A stretch of 63,808 nucleotides of DNA. It comes from Negaprion brevirostris (lineage: Eukaryota). Shown piece by piece: positions 49,941 to 62,709 of the stretch. The notes beneath the pieces are model-generated. The model was given only the letters and a program-made list of their open reading frames with translations, did no database searches and was not told the DNA's origin. Location: the NCBI GenBank assembly GCA_030324005.1, contig JARDVH010000099.1, forward strand, positions 17,582,553 to 17,646,360, in the 5' to 3' direction. The position numbers were made by a program, and so were the translations under genes. Positions within the stretch are counted from its first letter, which is position 1; each line of letters begins with the position of its first letter.

Positions 49941-52900
49941 GCCCCCATCCTGACCACCCCCTTCCTCCTGGTCAGCGTACCCCCTCCGAACCAACCCTCC
50001 CCCCACCTCCAGGGCCGTCCCCCCCCCNNNNNNNNNNNNNNNNNNNNNNNNNNNNNNNNNNNNNNNNNNNNNNNNNNNNNNNNNNNNNNNNNNNNNNNNN
50101 NAATCGGATCACGATTCTCACAAGGGCGGGAGTGGAATCTTCACCCAACATTTCGCTTCACATTTTTAACATCTGTTGTTGAATATGTGTTTTTTTAAAC
50201 GCCATCCTTAATGTTAGCAGTATTTACCGGGTCGTTTTGGACACTTTTGCTTTTAGTCCTCTAGCTATCTCTGGAGTTCTCTCTGGTTCTCATTATCCTC
50301 CGAGTTTTACTTAATTGTTGCTCCATCTCGTTCCCTTCGGTTTTGCTCATTTTTTTTTCAGTGAACTATCTTGACTTTCCAAGTGAAGAATTGGAAATAA
50401 ATTAAACCTGTGTGATGTTTTAAACAGTTTAGAATAAGGATATTGGCATTATTCACTGTATGATCNNNNNNNNNNCTCATTCTTGACACCAGACACTCCC
50501 CACGGCCTAATTCAATGAGATTCTTCAATTCAGCCCTTTTTAACACTTTGAGCAAACTTTATTTCGGTTTTAAAACAAATAGTGGGAAAGAGATGTAAGT
50601 AAAACTTCTTGGACCTTTTCCGCAGTACTGGGAATTAACATCCATTCTCTGCAAATCAGACCCAAAGCAGTGTAAAATCCAGACTCAATAACTCACAAAA
50701 AAATGGCCAAGCCAAGTACGACCGGAAAAGGGACAGCGAAATATTGCCAAGTGTTGACTGCCAAGGGGAAAAGTGTTTGATTTTCTGCCTCTCAATCTCC
50801 TCTGAGCAGAGGGTTAAACATAAGGAATGGAAGTGATTGGAAGCAAGATTGAAACTGTCCCCCGGCACCCGAATTCCCGACATCTTTCCTTGTTGCATTT
50901 CAGCCTCCAGTATCATTATTTTAAAATCAAAGTGTTAGAATTTTTTTTTGCGGGAGGCGGTATCTGACCTGCCGGAAAGCCGGGGGTCAGTCAATGGGTC
51001 TGGGTGAATGGGGACAAAGTATATTTTGTATTGTACTCGCTCAGTGACTGACAGACTGGAGCCAGTTAACTCCAGTTAGGGGATTCTCTCTGGAGATCTT
51101 TACAGCGCACTCCACTACCATTTGTGATCCACCGCCTCTTCCACCGACCTGTTGCCGAATCCTGCTCAATTTTACCTAGATAAATGGAAACATGTCTGTT
51201 TGTACAATCAGCAGTAACGACTGTCCCAGTCATCCGGGGTAAATGATATTTCTATCGGCGTTGACACATCGAACACCCTCTGTGTGGAACAGTCCCGGGG
51301 ACACTAAACACAGCAAGTTTACTGAGGTGGGGGGCAATATCCGTTTTAACACCCCAAACTAAATCAATTCCACTTTTTACTTCTCTTATTCCAAGTCTGC
51401 GCATTAAATCCCAAAGAATTGTCAATCATCTCGTTAGTGGGCGCATTGCAGAATATCTCAGAGCGAGCGTTGTTAAATTGGGTCGGTTATAAACTGGTAA
51501 ATGCATTTATAAAACTCCAGGCCCCCGAGGTTGTTGTGATTGAGCCTGGAAGATGCTGTTCTACTTTCACTTTCATGTCCCAGGAAGCCACTCAAGCAAA
51601 AGGATTTTGGTCTTTTGAATGAATCGAAAACATGGTTCAAACGGAGTCAGCGTTGNNNNNNNNNNCGCCCCCACCCGCCCCCAGCCAACACGCTTGAATA
51701 ATCGTTAAACAAATCATTCCGGGGAGAGAGAGAAATAATAACTCCGGGAAAGTTTGGGAATCGAAACGACCACTGGACCAGTGTTGGAACCCGCTTCTCT
51801 GTGGCGGTCAGTACAAGTGAGCGGTTTTCCGGTTAGATTCTGTACGACATCATTAATAACCAACAGTACTGATTATGTTTGGCCAACAGTACAGACCCGG
51901 GTGTCTGCCCAGTTTAAAACTGTTCGGGAATAACCATTCGGTGCTGCCTGTGTCTCCAGTATTAGTTAGGCCGTTTGAGGATGAAAACATGGGATCACTT
52001 TACCCCCACAGAGGTAGAGGAAATCTGTCTCTCTGTGAAGCACATTGGGGACAATTGAAGCGTTCAAAACCGATAGTTGTTTGCTGTGTAAAGCCAAATA
52101 GAGGGGAAAATAAAATCAGAAACAGCTAGAAATACTCAGTATCTGTGAAGAGTTCATATCCCCTGCATATTATTCGGGTTTAATAAGATTTGCCGCATCC
52201 ACGGTATTTATTGCAGTTCGGGACTTTAATCCCTGAAAAATGGTGTTAAAATACAGGTCAGCAATTATCTCATTGATCGGTGAAGGAGGCCAGAGAGGGG
52301 CTGAACAGCCTCCTCCTATTCCCGAATGTGAATGTGCTGATAGGGAAGGTGCGAGAGGGGTGTTGCTGTGCGTTCGGGGTCAGTTCCTGCTGCCCCAGTT
52401 GTGACAGTCTGGCTCGCTGAGCCGGGCAGGCGGATGAGAACAGTTTATATAAACTGCTGCCGCCCCATTTTCTGCTAAACATGCAGATTAGAGAGAAGGT
52501 CCCTCAGATAAAGATTACCACAAGAGGAGCGCGCGTATCGACCTTCCATTATTAAAAGAAAGAGCCAAATCTCCCTCTACAAGCTGTTCACTGGGATTAA
52601 GGAAATAACTTTCATTTAGGTTAATTGTCATTTGAATGTCCGGAGTATTTGTTATCGATGATTACACTTCATCCATCAAGTCATTGAGGGCAAATCTAAC
52701 CAGAACAGATTGTTACAAAATTGCTCCTGCCTCTTAGACAGTCCCGAACAGTTAATTCGTTAATAAATGTGCCCAATCTAAAACTGATTTTGCTTCTGTT
52801 TGCCTTTACATTCGCTGAAACATCGAATAACTTCCAGATGTATTTGCAACCCGGTTATGAAAGTGACTCCGGAGCCCGGATAATAAAGGGTAGACGGTGA

Positions 52901-54584
52901 GAATTTGCTGCTCCATATTCATGGGTTTGGGTAAATGTTTGAAAGACTTTCAGACCCGCGTTATACTCAAATTGCTCAGTTCCAATTTCGATCCCAAAGC
53001 TCTCTCTCTCTTGCTGCACCCAATACAAAGCTGGCAGTAGATGTGAGAGGGATGGGCACAGTGCAGGTACAACGTTAAAGGTGTCTCAAAGAGAATCTGA
53101 CAGACTTTCACCCTTTGCAGTCGATAATCTCTCTAAATTTCATGCCGGCCCCAATATTAGTGGAACAACGTCCCAGTTTCTAACATTGCCATGAAATTCC
53201 GCTTAATTCTAACAGTTTATGTCTAAGGCTGACTTTTGAGGTGGGAGTACCGATAGATTTTTAATTTTACACACACACACACACAAAACAGGTGTAGAAA
53301 GAAAATGAATTATATTCAGAAGTAGAGGGTCCAAAAAACATTCAAGTTCAAACTTTGTTAACATTTCCATCAAATAAGACTGTTAATGACAATAGTGGAG
53401 GGGGGATTTATTTGAAACACAAGCTGGCCTTTTTCAATTCAGCCTTTCTGACTGTAACTGATTGAGAGGCTATCCTTATACATGGCTCATCTGATAAAGA
53501 TTTGCCAGGATTAATCTAATCAGTGAAGGTTTCTCTGCTCATTACCCCGGGGGAGATTGCATGGCATTCTCAACTGCAAGATTATTAATCTCTTAAAACA
53601 CAACGTCAAAAAATCGCTGCCGGTTCTAATTTTCTGCGACTACCCCTCCTCCCTCACGTGTAGGGTGGCTAACTTCACTGATGTGATGGTTCCTCGGCGT
53701 GCAGGGTTTGTAAGCTAGTTTTGTTTTTTTGCCTCCCTACTTTGTTCAATTCAAGCAATTATGTGGAGAATAAAATATAAAATCATGCCAACTCAAAAGT
53801 ACCCTAACCGAGCAATATGGGAACAAGACGAGGCCTTTCAGCCCCTGAACTTGTTCAGTTAGATCGTGCTTATCTCCACCTGAACTCTACCTGGATTAGC
53901 AGGGTGAATATGTGGGGTTATGGGAATGGGATCTGGGGGAATTGTGATCAGTGCAGACCAGATGGGTCGAATGGCCTCCTTCTGCACCGTAGGGATTCTG
54001 GAACAGTTTGGGAGAGGAGATTGCAGATTTCCACTACCCACTATTTATGAAGAAATGCTCTCTAACATCGCCGCCCAGCAGTCCACCTCTAATTGTAAGA
54101 CTTGCCTGCACTCCCCTTTGTTATGAAGGCAGACCTGTCCTGTTACCGAAAGTGTGAGGTGTAATTAAATTCACACGGGATTTAAGAGACCACTTTAATN
54201 NNNNNNNNNNNNNNNNNNNNNNNNNNNNNNNNNNNNNNNNNNNNNNNNNNNNNNNNNNNNNNNNNNNNNNNNNNNNNNNNNNNNNNNNNNNNNNNNNNNG
54301 AAAGTGTGAGGTGTAATTAAATTCACAAGGGATTTAAGAGACCACTTTAATATCCCCCCTCCTGTCTTCCTCAGGCTCCACCTCTGTGGGTTACGTATTC
54401 TGTCCATGCAGCAGACACCAGTCAACTAAGGAACAGTGCCTAGGTACATGTAAAAATGAAAGTATTGCAGAAAATGAGAGTGAGTGAGAAGGTGTACATG
54501 ATGGGGGCAGCACAAACTGCATTCATGTTTCATGAAATGTGTGAATCAGGACCAGAGCATCAGTTGGCAACACAAGTATTTAAT

Positions 54585-54712
54585 TAAAGGTAAAATACTG
54601 CAGTTGCTGGAATCTGAAACAAAAATAGAAATGTGGGAAAATATCAGCAGATCCGACAGCAACTGTGGGAAGAGAATAGAGCCAACGTTTCAAGTCTGGA
54701 TGACCCTTCACT
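54585..54712 (-). mobile_element. Penelope-like terminal fragment with truncated hammerhead
   Basis: Antisense TGAAGGGTCATCCAGACTTGAAACGTTGGCTCT; homologous to 1900-2000. Confidence 0.6.
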
Positions 54713-54774
54713 GTTTAATTCACTGAAGGCATTCTGGCATCTGAATCATAAAGATTGTGGATTTACCTCCTGAG

Positions 54775-55690
54775 TCATAGAACCATAGAAAAGTTACAGC
54801 ACAGGAAGAGGCCATTTGGCCCATCTTGTCTGCCATTCTATGGACAACCAGGAGCCCTTTCTTAACTCTCTTTCTGCACCAGGCCCATAGCACTGTAGAT
54901 TACAGCATTTAAGGTGCAGATCTAGGTACTTTTTAGAGGAGTTTAGGGTCTCTGCGTCCACAACCAATTCAGGCAGCGAATTCCAGACACCCACTTCTCT
55001 CTGCATAATAAAGTTCTTCGTCATGTCCCCTCTACACCCACTGCCGCTTACCTTGAATCTATGTCCCCTGGTTCTAGAATTNNNNNNNNNNNNNNNNNNN
55101 NNNNNNNNNNNNNNNNNNNNNNNNNNNNNNNNNNNNNNNNNNNNNNNNNNNNNNNNNNNNNNNNNNNNNNNNNNNNNNNNNACTGCCGCTTACCTTGAAT
55201 CTATGTCCCCTGGTTCTAGAATTCACCACCAAGGGAAATAATTTTATCCTGTCTACTCTATCTCTTCCTCTCATAATTTTGTACACCTCAATCAAGTCAC
55301 TCCTTAGCCTTCTTTGTCCCAAGAAAAATAATCCCAAATTATCCAAACTTTCTGCATAGCTACATTTTTCTAGCCCTGGCAACACTCTTGTAAGCTTCCT
55401 CTGTAATCTGTCCAGAGCAATTATGTAATTGGATTGTAATTGGTGACCAGAGCAGCATACAATTTTCCAGTTGTGGCCTTATCAGTGTTTTATACAATTC
55501 CAACATTATATCCTTCTATATTCTATACCTCAGCCAATGAAAGAGAGCATTGCATAAGCCTTCTTTACAACCTTGTCTATGTTAACTGCTGCCTTTAGGG
55601 ACCTGTTGTAGACTAATACCTCTCACTTCATCTACCCTTCTTCATATATTCCCATTTATTGTGTATTCCCCATAACTGTTTGGCCTCCCT
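54775..55690 (-). mobile_element. CR1-type LINE 3' fragment
   Basis: LPGLEKCSYAESLDNLGLFFLGQRRLRSDLIEVYKIMRGRDRVDRIKLFPLVVNSRTRGHRFKV; CATAGAACCATAGAA tail. Confidence 0.9.
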
Positions 55691-56744
55691 CACTTGAAGT
55701 CATAATCTTGTTTGATTCCTCACTGTAAGCCCTAAGGGAGCACAGCCCTGCTGCAAATACCCTATTTCAGATGAGATGTATCTTAACTGATGTCTGCCTG
55801 TCCTGTCAGATGTACACTAAAGAAGGTTAGTTAGTCCTTCACACCTCCCCCCCCCAACCCCCCCCCCCTCCCGCCCCACCCTGATTCCTGCCTAGTATTT
55901 TTNNNNNNNNNNNNNNNNNNNNNNNNNNNNNNNNNNNNNNNNNNNNNNNNNNNNNNNNNNNNNNNNNNNNNNNNNNNNNNNNNNNNNNNNNNNNNNNNNN
56001 NNAGATGAGTACAGATGAATATGATATCTTGCTGTTGGTGGAAGCTACATTATAACAGTGACTGCACGCCCAGGTATTCCATCATCACTAGAGTTCTTTG
56101 GGTTCTCCTGAGGTTGCAGAAGGTTCTGTAAAAATTACATTCTTTCTTTCAAAAATAAACTTGTTGGATTCATTTGGGACTCTTTCAAATGAACCAATGA
56201 AAAGACACTTGGTTTGCAAATACTGATAAACCAAATGGGCCTTTATCCACAGCTTCAATGTTTAACATGATAAAAGTTAAAAATAATCACATGATTTTTA
56301 ACATCACTATTTTCTCCCAAGGTTGCTTCACATCAATGATTGACCCTTTATGCTAATTGCAGGTCAATCCGGGAAGCCCAGTTCTATTCAAGTCAAATAC
56401 AGGGAGACAGTACCATGGATGCAAATAGTGTCTGTCGTAGGGTGTTGCTGACAATCCTGTAGAATTGACTGCCTGTAGAGTTCTCTTATTCAACAATTTA
56501 CTTTATTAAACTGACCTTGGGTACTGGTCAAGTGCTGTCTCATATCACTGCATGGGTGGTACTGTATCCAATCTCACATTATGTGCGCCAGATCCTGAGA
56601 TACAGACTCTCCAAACTAATAGTGTAAGTGGGTTAAATTAAGATTTGATTCTCAGGTTGAATAAATTGTAGTGTCCACCACTTGCAGAAGGTTTGAAGTA
56701 CCTTGTGATCACATTGCAGAGTCACTTGGGTGTGCAAGTGGGAA

Positions 56745-57100
56745 GGCGATGGCCTAGTGGTATTGTCACTAACTAGTAATTTAGAAACTCAGCTAATGTT
56801 CTGGAGACTCGGGTTTGAATCTAGCTATGGCAGGTGGTGGAATTTGGATTGGATAAAAGAAATCTGGAATTGAGAATCTACTGATGACCATGAAACCACT
56901 ATTGATTGTCAGAAAATCCATCTGGTTCACAAATGTTACTTAGGGAAGGAAATCTGCCATCCTTACCTGGTCTGGTCTACATGTGACTCCAGAGCCACAG
57001 CAACATGGTTCATTCTCAACTGCCCTCGGGCAACTAGGGATGGGCAAAAAATGCTAGCCGACAAGCATTGCCTATGTCCCACAAATGAATATTAAAAAAA
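56745..57100 (+). mobile_element. tRNA-derived SINE (second family), full length
   Basis: TGGCCTAGTGG A box, GGTTTGAATC B box, tail GGGCAACTAGGGATGGGCAA-AAATGCT shared with LINE tails in the window. Confidence 0.8.
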
Positions 57101-58119
57101 TGCACAACTCCTTGAAAGTGTGGCAAATAGTCAGAGTGCCTTCCTCTCACCCCTTCCCTGTGGATTCCATGTAATCCAATGTAAAAGCAACCCTTGTTGC
57201 TCTGTGTGAGAAAAAGAACGGAAGTTTCTGCTTTAGGATTACTGAAATTAGACTAATGAAGAAGTACCTTGATCAACCTGAATTACACAGTCATAAACAC
57301 ATCCTGTTCCGAACCTATTTCTTATATAAAGGTTGTATCATAACAATCAGAGCAATTAATAACAAATACTTTGTCAACTGCACTCGAAATAGCACTTTTC
57401 TGCTTAGCCATAAATTTAAAAGAATGTCCTAGTTGCTGGAGAACTGCTCTGGATATGTATTGATTATGGTTACCGACACAATACTATACAGACACATGCA
57501 CACACAAATGGCACAAGGCATCATAGATGTGAATCTCTCCAGGCCCTGCTAACAGACCAGCCATTGTGTGCATTGTTTTCAAACTCATCGCTCTGTTATC
57601 TGCATGACTAATGTTTAATCATTGATAATGAGACTAACAATTGACAGCTAATTCAGAAATTTCTACGAGCAGTACTCCCCCCCGTAGGTCTGCTTGTCAA
57701 ACTATTTCACATCATGGACACATTATTGCAGGCCCATGAGCTGAAAATCAGAAGAGTTATCATGATTATTAGAACCGTTTTATATCGTCAGGAACAATTA
57801 GAACGTTTTTGGTCACATAGCCCAAATTTACAAAAACATTTTAAAGGACATCTCAGTTGTAGCTCAATTTACTAATGTTCTGCTGTAGTAATGTTTACGG
57901 CCTTCTAGGTTTAGATAGTTCTGAGGACATGGACATGTATATTATCATTTTTAAAGGATTGACAGTCTGNNNNNNNNNNNNNNNNNNNNNNNNNNNNNNN
58001 NNNNNNNNNNNNNNNNNNNNNNNNNNNNNNNNNNNNNNNNNNNNNNNNNNNNNNNNNATTCAGATCTGTACATCTTTGCTCTCCAAAGCATTTTGTCAAT
58101 ATGGTATACATGAAATACA

Positions 58120-58675
58120 TTAATTAATGTACTGTAATGGACAACTCAGTCATTCCTTAAAGGGCACTGTAATATCCAGCCCTGTAACTCATTAAAGGGT
58201 ACTGCAATGGGCAGATCATTAACTCCTTTAAGGCCACTATAATCAACAATCCAATAACTTCTGAAAGAGTGCTGTAATAGCCAATGTAATATCTCATTAA
58301 AGTGTACGGTAATGAATAGTCCAGTACCTCCTTGATGGACATTGCAATAGACCACCCAGTAACTCATTAAATGGCACTTCAATGTACAGTTCAAGAGCTC
58401 CTCAAAAAGTGCTGCAATGTATGAAGTCTCACAACACCAAGTTAAATCCCAACAGGTTTATTTGGAGTCATGAGCTTTCAGAGCACTGCTCCTTCATCAG
58501 GTGAGTGGAGGATAAAGAAGCAACGCTCTGAAAGTTTGTGATTCCAAATAAACCCTGTTGGATTTTAACCTGATGTTGTGAGGCTTCTTCCTATGCCCAC
58601 CCCAGTCCAACCCCAGCATCTCCACATCAGTGCTGCAATGGACAGTAAACAATTCATCAAAGGACACGTAACATC
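58120..58675. repeat. Degenerate tandem repeat (about 35-bp unit, ...GCACTGTAAT...TAACTCATTAAA) interrupted by a PLE insertion
   Basis: Recurrent units at 58125-58419 and 58629-58670. Confidence 0.6.
58420..58628. mobile_element. Palindromic Penelope-like mini-insertion with hammerhead core and 12-bp TSD
   Basis: About 75-bp inverted arms; minus strand TCAC CTGATGA A GGAGC AGT GCTCT GAAA GC TC ATGA; AGTGCTGCAATG at 58408-58419 and 58629-58640. Confidence 0.75.
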
Positions 58676-59489
58676 TCTTTGCTCTCCTTGACTCATAATA
58701 AATGTTCAAATTGTAGGGTATTAACTCACTGTTGTTAGTTCCAGACTTTCTGTAACATCCCCACTTTAGAATAAAAACATTACGAAAAGGATCTTTGGAA
58801 TGAAATTGTGACAAGGTGCTTACTCACACTGGGGGGTCATCTAGTGTTTAGTTAACAATATGAGGGTACAAAAACATCATCACTGATATCAGCTATCAAT
58901 GTGACATAAATAACCAATTCCAGAATAGAGGTGGCAGAAAGATTAACTTCCCCTTTAAAAAAATTGTAATGATACAAAGCTTGTGAGAATGATAAAGTGC
59001 TTTATTATGAGATATATGCTTTCAGTAAAGAACCTTTTAATTGCTTTCCTTCTCAATTCCCCTGCTGCATATTCACTCTAATCTTGTAATCAGTTCTGTA
59101 ATCCTCTGCACCACTTTATTCAGTGGTTCTTGGAAACATATTCATAACATAAATTGCGAAACAGTGTAAGACATAAGGAAAGAGGTGGTATGTCTATTGT
59201 TATATCCAAAATAATCAGGTCCGAAAACATCAAGCCACGTCGCAATCATTTCTCTTTATGTCTGTATTTGTCTACATTGCAACCATTCCATAATTAACTT
59301 GAACTAAGTTGAGAAACAACAGTATACTTTATCAATTAGCNNNNNNNNNNNNNNNNNNNNNNNNNNNNNNNNNNNNNNNNNNNNNNNNNNNNNNNNNNNN
59401 NNNNNNNNNNNNNNNNNNNNNNNNNNNNNNNNNNNNNNNNCCCCATTCTCTTGCCTTTTCCCCATAACCTTGATCTCTTTATTAATCAA

Positions 59490-59655
59490 GAACCTAACCT
59501 GCACATCTTTGGAGTGTGGGAGGAAACCAGAGCACCTGGAAGAAACCCCATGCAGACACAGGGAGTAACATGCAAATTCCACACAGACCCGAGGCCAGAA
59601 TTGAACCTGGGTCCCTGGCGCTGTGAGGCAGCAGTGCTAACCACTGTGCCACCGT
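59490..59655 (-). mobile_element. HE1-like SINE 5' half
   Basis: AACCTGCACATCTTTGGA...GCAGTGCTAACCACTGTGCCACCGT. Confidence 0.85.
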
Positions 59656-60067
59656 CCTCCACATCCTAATTAATTTTGTGATGATCCATTTTCAGCTGTA
59701 TGAATAACACTACGCCATGTCATTACTATTAAATGAATGAGGCCTTTTAAATGTGAAAAGATTCAATTACATTTTATATTGCTGTGTGATTTCACTGGTC
59801 AGATGATTATATAAATACACTTCAGTGGAAACCTGAACTGTAACTCAATCAGCAAAAGGTCAAATATAATTTGCAGTCATTTTCCCCAATTCTGTCTAAA
59901 GCTAAAACTAACCCCAACACTGTTCCTAACTTCAAATGTCACAATTCAAATGCAATGATCCAGAACTTGCATTTATATTGCACTTTCATATGTTGTAAAT
60001 TATCCTAGATTGCTTCTTAGGATATGAGACAAGATTTTACACTTTTAAGAAGTGGATAAATTCATTT

Positions 60068-60372
60068 TGATTCCGGCCTTGGCTTACTGTCTGTATGTAG
60101 TTTACAAATTCTGTCCGTGTCTCATGTGGGTTTCCACTAGGTATTCCGGTTTCCTCCCAAACTCTAAAGATGTGTAGTTTACGTGGGTTGGCCATGCTAA
60201 ATTGCTCCTTAGTGTCCAAAGATGTGTAAGTTAGGTGAATTAGCCAAGGTAAATGCACAGGGTTATGGGGATAGGGTGGAAGAGGAGAGGGCATGGGTGG
60301 GATACTCTTTTGGAGAGTCGATGCAGACTCGGTGGGCCAGATTGCCTCTTTCTGCACTGTCAGCATTCTATA
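60068..60372 (+). mobile_element. HE1-like SINE, 5' truncated
   Basis: V-core TTGGCCATGCTAAATTGCTCCTTAGTGTCC and tail. Confidence 0.8.
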
Positions 60373-61714
60373 CTTCTACGGAAGCAAGAGATGGAGTGCT
60401 TTAGGAAGGGGACTCCAATTCTTGGAAACAAAACTGTTGAAGGCACAACCACCAATGGTGGACCAATTAAAAACCAGCAGCTGGATTTAATGAGGTGATG
60501 GAGGTCTTTCGCACTAGCTGGACAGCCAATGTGAGTCTCACAATGCCTCTCTTAGGGAAGGTCTGTTGAATTTAGTGCCACTCAGGCACTTAACTGGACA
60601 GTGGCATGCCTCCCCGGCATTAAGGACCTCTGGGGCGGTGGTCCCAGTTGCCAAGAACTAATGGCCAGTCAAAGGGAAGGTGATAGCTGCTGCCGGTATG
60701 ATACCACCCTTGGCCTAGGATCGTCACTGGATCCCAGGTCACATGTAAATAATGGTGGGTGATGGGTCACAAGGTGAGAGTCGTGGGGAAGGGGTTTGGC
60801 AGCAAGGATGAAGAATAGACCTCAGCGGGTCTCTCCTTCCCAATGCTAGGTCCCTCAACCAGATGCTGTTTTTTTGAAAGAAACCTCCCTGACTGAGAAC
60901 TCTGTGTGAGTTTACTTGTTGCACTCCCTGCAGGTTGGGCAAATCCTCACTGCCCATCACTGCATTGATATCAGTGGCATTGAGATAAGGCCCTTAATTG
61001 AACATTAAATGGTCACTTTGGAGCCTAAGTTTGTGATGGAGAGATAAAGCCATCTGTGGGCCTTCCCTCCAAAGACTTAATCATTGTGGAGGTGGGAAGG
61101 CAGAGGGATCCCTATCTGCCACATTCTTGTCTGATTAAATGCCCCCTTGGTCACCAAACCCACTGCAGGTTAGGATACAATATAAGGGTGCCTATGATTT
61201 CTAAATCTCCATTCGTATTGGGGTTTTCCTCACCTCATGTCTTGTTTCATTGCAGATCAATTGATAGAGATTGATTGCAGTGAGTTATGACCTGGGACAT
61301 TTGAGCCTGAAGGAATGGTGAAAGCTGATTTAACAGTAATTTTCAAAAGGAAATTGGATGCATACTTGAAAAGAAAAGCTATTACGCAGCAATGGTAATT
61401 AGACAGGGGAGTGTGACTAATTGTGTAAGTCTCTGAAAAGAATTAGTACTGGCAAGATGGGCCAAATGGCCTATTTCTTGCTGTTTGATTTTTCAAAAAG
61501 CTGCATCATATTTCTTTCACAAATTCCCGCCCCTTGCTTATCATCTACCAGAGTTCTATTGAGTAGAGCTTTAACAAAAGGAAGCTGAGAGAGACCAGTA
61601 ACAGTTCAGATACCTCTCTGCAACTGTTAGGATTGCAGGAGAATTTACTGAGGCTTTTAAACCTGGGTTTGGCCATTCTCCAACATAGGACATTCTGCCT
61701 TGGCAGTTGGAATG

Positions 61715-62125
61715 GGAAGAAGTTGCATTTATACAGCACCTTTTGCAACTTCCGAGCAAACTATGTTAAAGATACAGTGCACGTTATTTTTCCACAGTGC
61801 ACGACAGACAATGAAGTAATTTTGAAACATTGCCACTGTTGTAATACAAGAAATGAGACTGCCAATTTACACGCAACAAGGCTCCATAAACAGCAGTGTG
61901 ATAAATGCCCTAAAATTTTTTGTCTCCATGATGTTAACGGAAGGATAAATATTGGGTAAGACATGTAGGAGACTCCCTTACGTTTCATTGAAACACTTTG
62001 GAATTCTTTACATCCATCTGAGAAGGCAGACAGGGCTTCAGTTTTAACACCACATCCAAAAGTCTGGAGTACCCTCCAAGTCTGACTTAGAAGTGTGATT
62101 GCCACCAGTGAGCCACGGCCAATAC
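61715..62125 (-). mobile_element. DeuSINE-like element
   Basis: TTGCATTTATACAGCACCTTT...CTTTTACATCCATCTGAGA. Confidence 0.6.
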
Positions 62126-62709
62126 CTAAGCAGACCCCACTGCTTTACTATGACCGAGTAAGTCTGACTCGGTTTTAATTATGGATGACTGCGGGATGTT
62201 TACTTGTGATTTGGGGATTGTGTTCCATAATTCCTTAATTTCCATGAAAACTATAAACTAGCCACATGGCTGCTAAGGCGTTTTGGGCAGTCAATGTGGG
62301 TTAATCATCTATACTTAGCCCTCCGATTTAATGCACTTATAAATGTTAATTTTTTCATAGGCAAAATGAGGGCACATTAACAGTAATTGCTTTAAACTGC
62401 TTAATGAGCAATAAATTAGGCCGCCAGCACTTATAATTACTGAGGACATACTGTCTGTGTTTATGTTGTATGCAATGACAACTCTACTAAAAAAAATTAT
62501 ACAAAACCACCGTAAGATTTACAGAATAGAATGTTAAACAGATTGTGAATGGAATACTGGGGAATAGTATTCCATTGTAAGTGTGACCATGAATCCACTC
62601 AATAGTTGAATCTGTAGAAATAGGAGGAAAGGACATGGGACCACCAGAAGATCCATCCATGTCTATACTTATCCTTCAACCAATCACTGGAGAAACCCAA
62701 ATAATCAGG

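Noticed and set aside
54148-54351. About 52-bp direct repeat
   Set aside because: Flanks a 100-N gap with one mismatch; most likely an unmerged contig overlap or allelic duplication
55040-55222. About 41-bp direct repeat inside a CR1 LINE
   Set aside because: Identical sequence on both sides of a 100-N gap; scaffolding artefact
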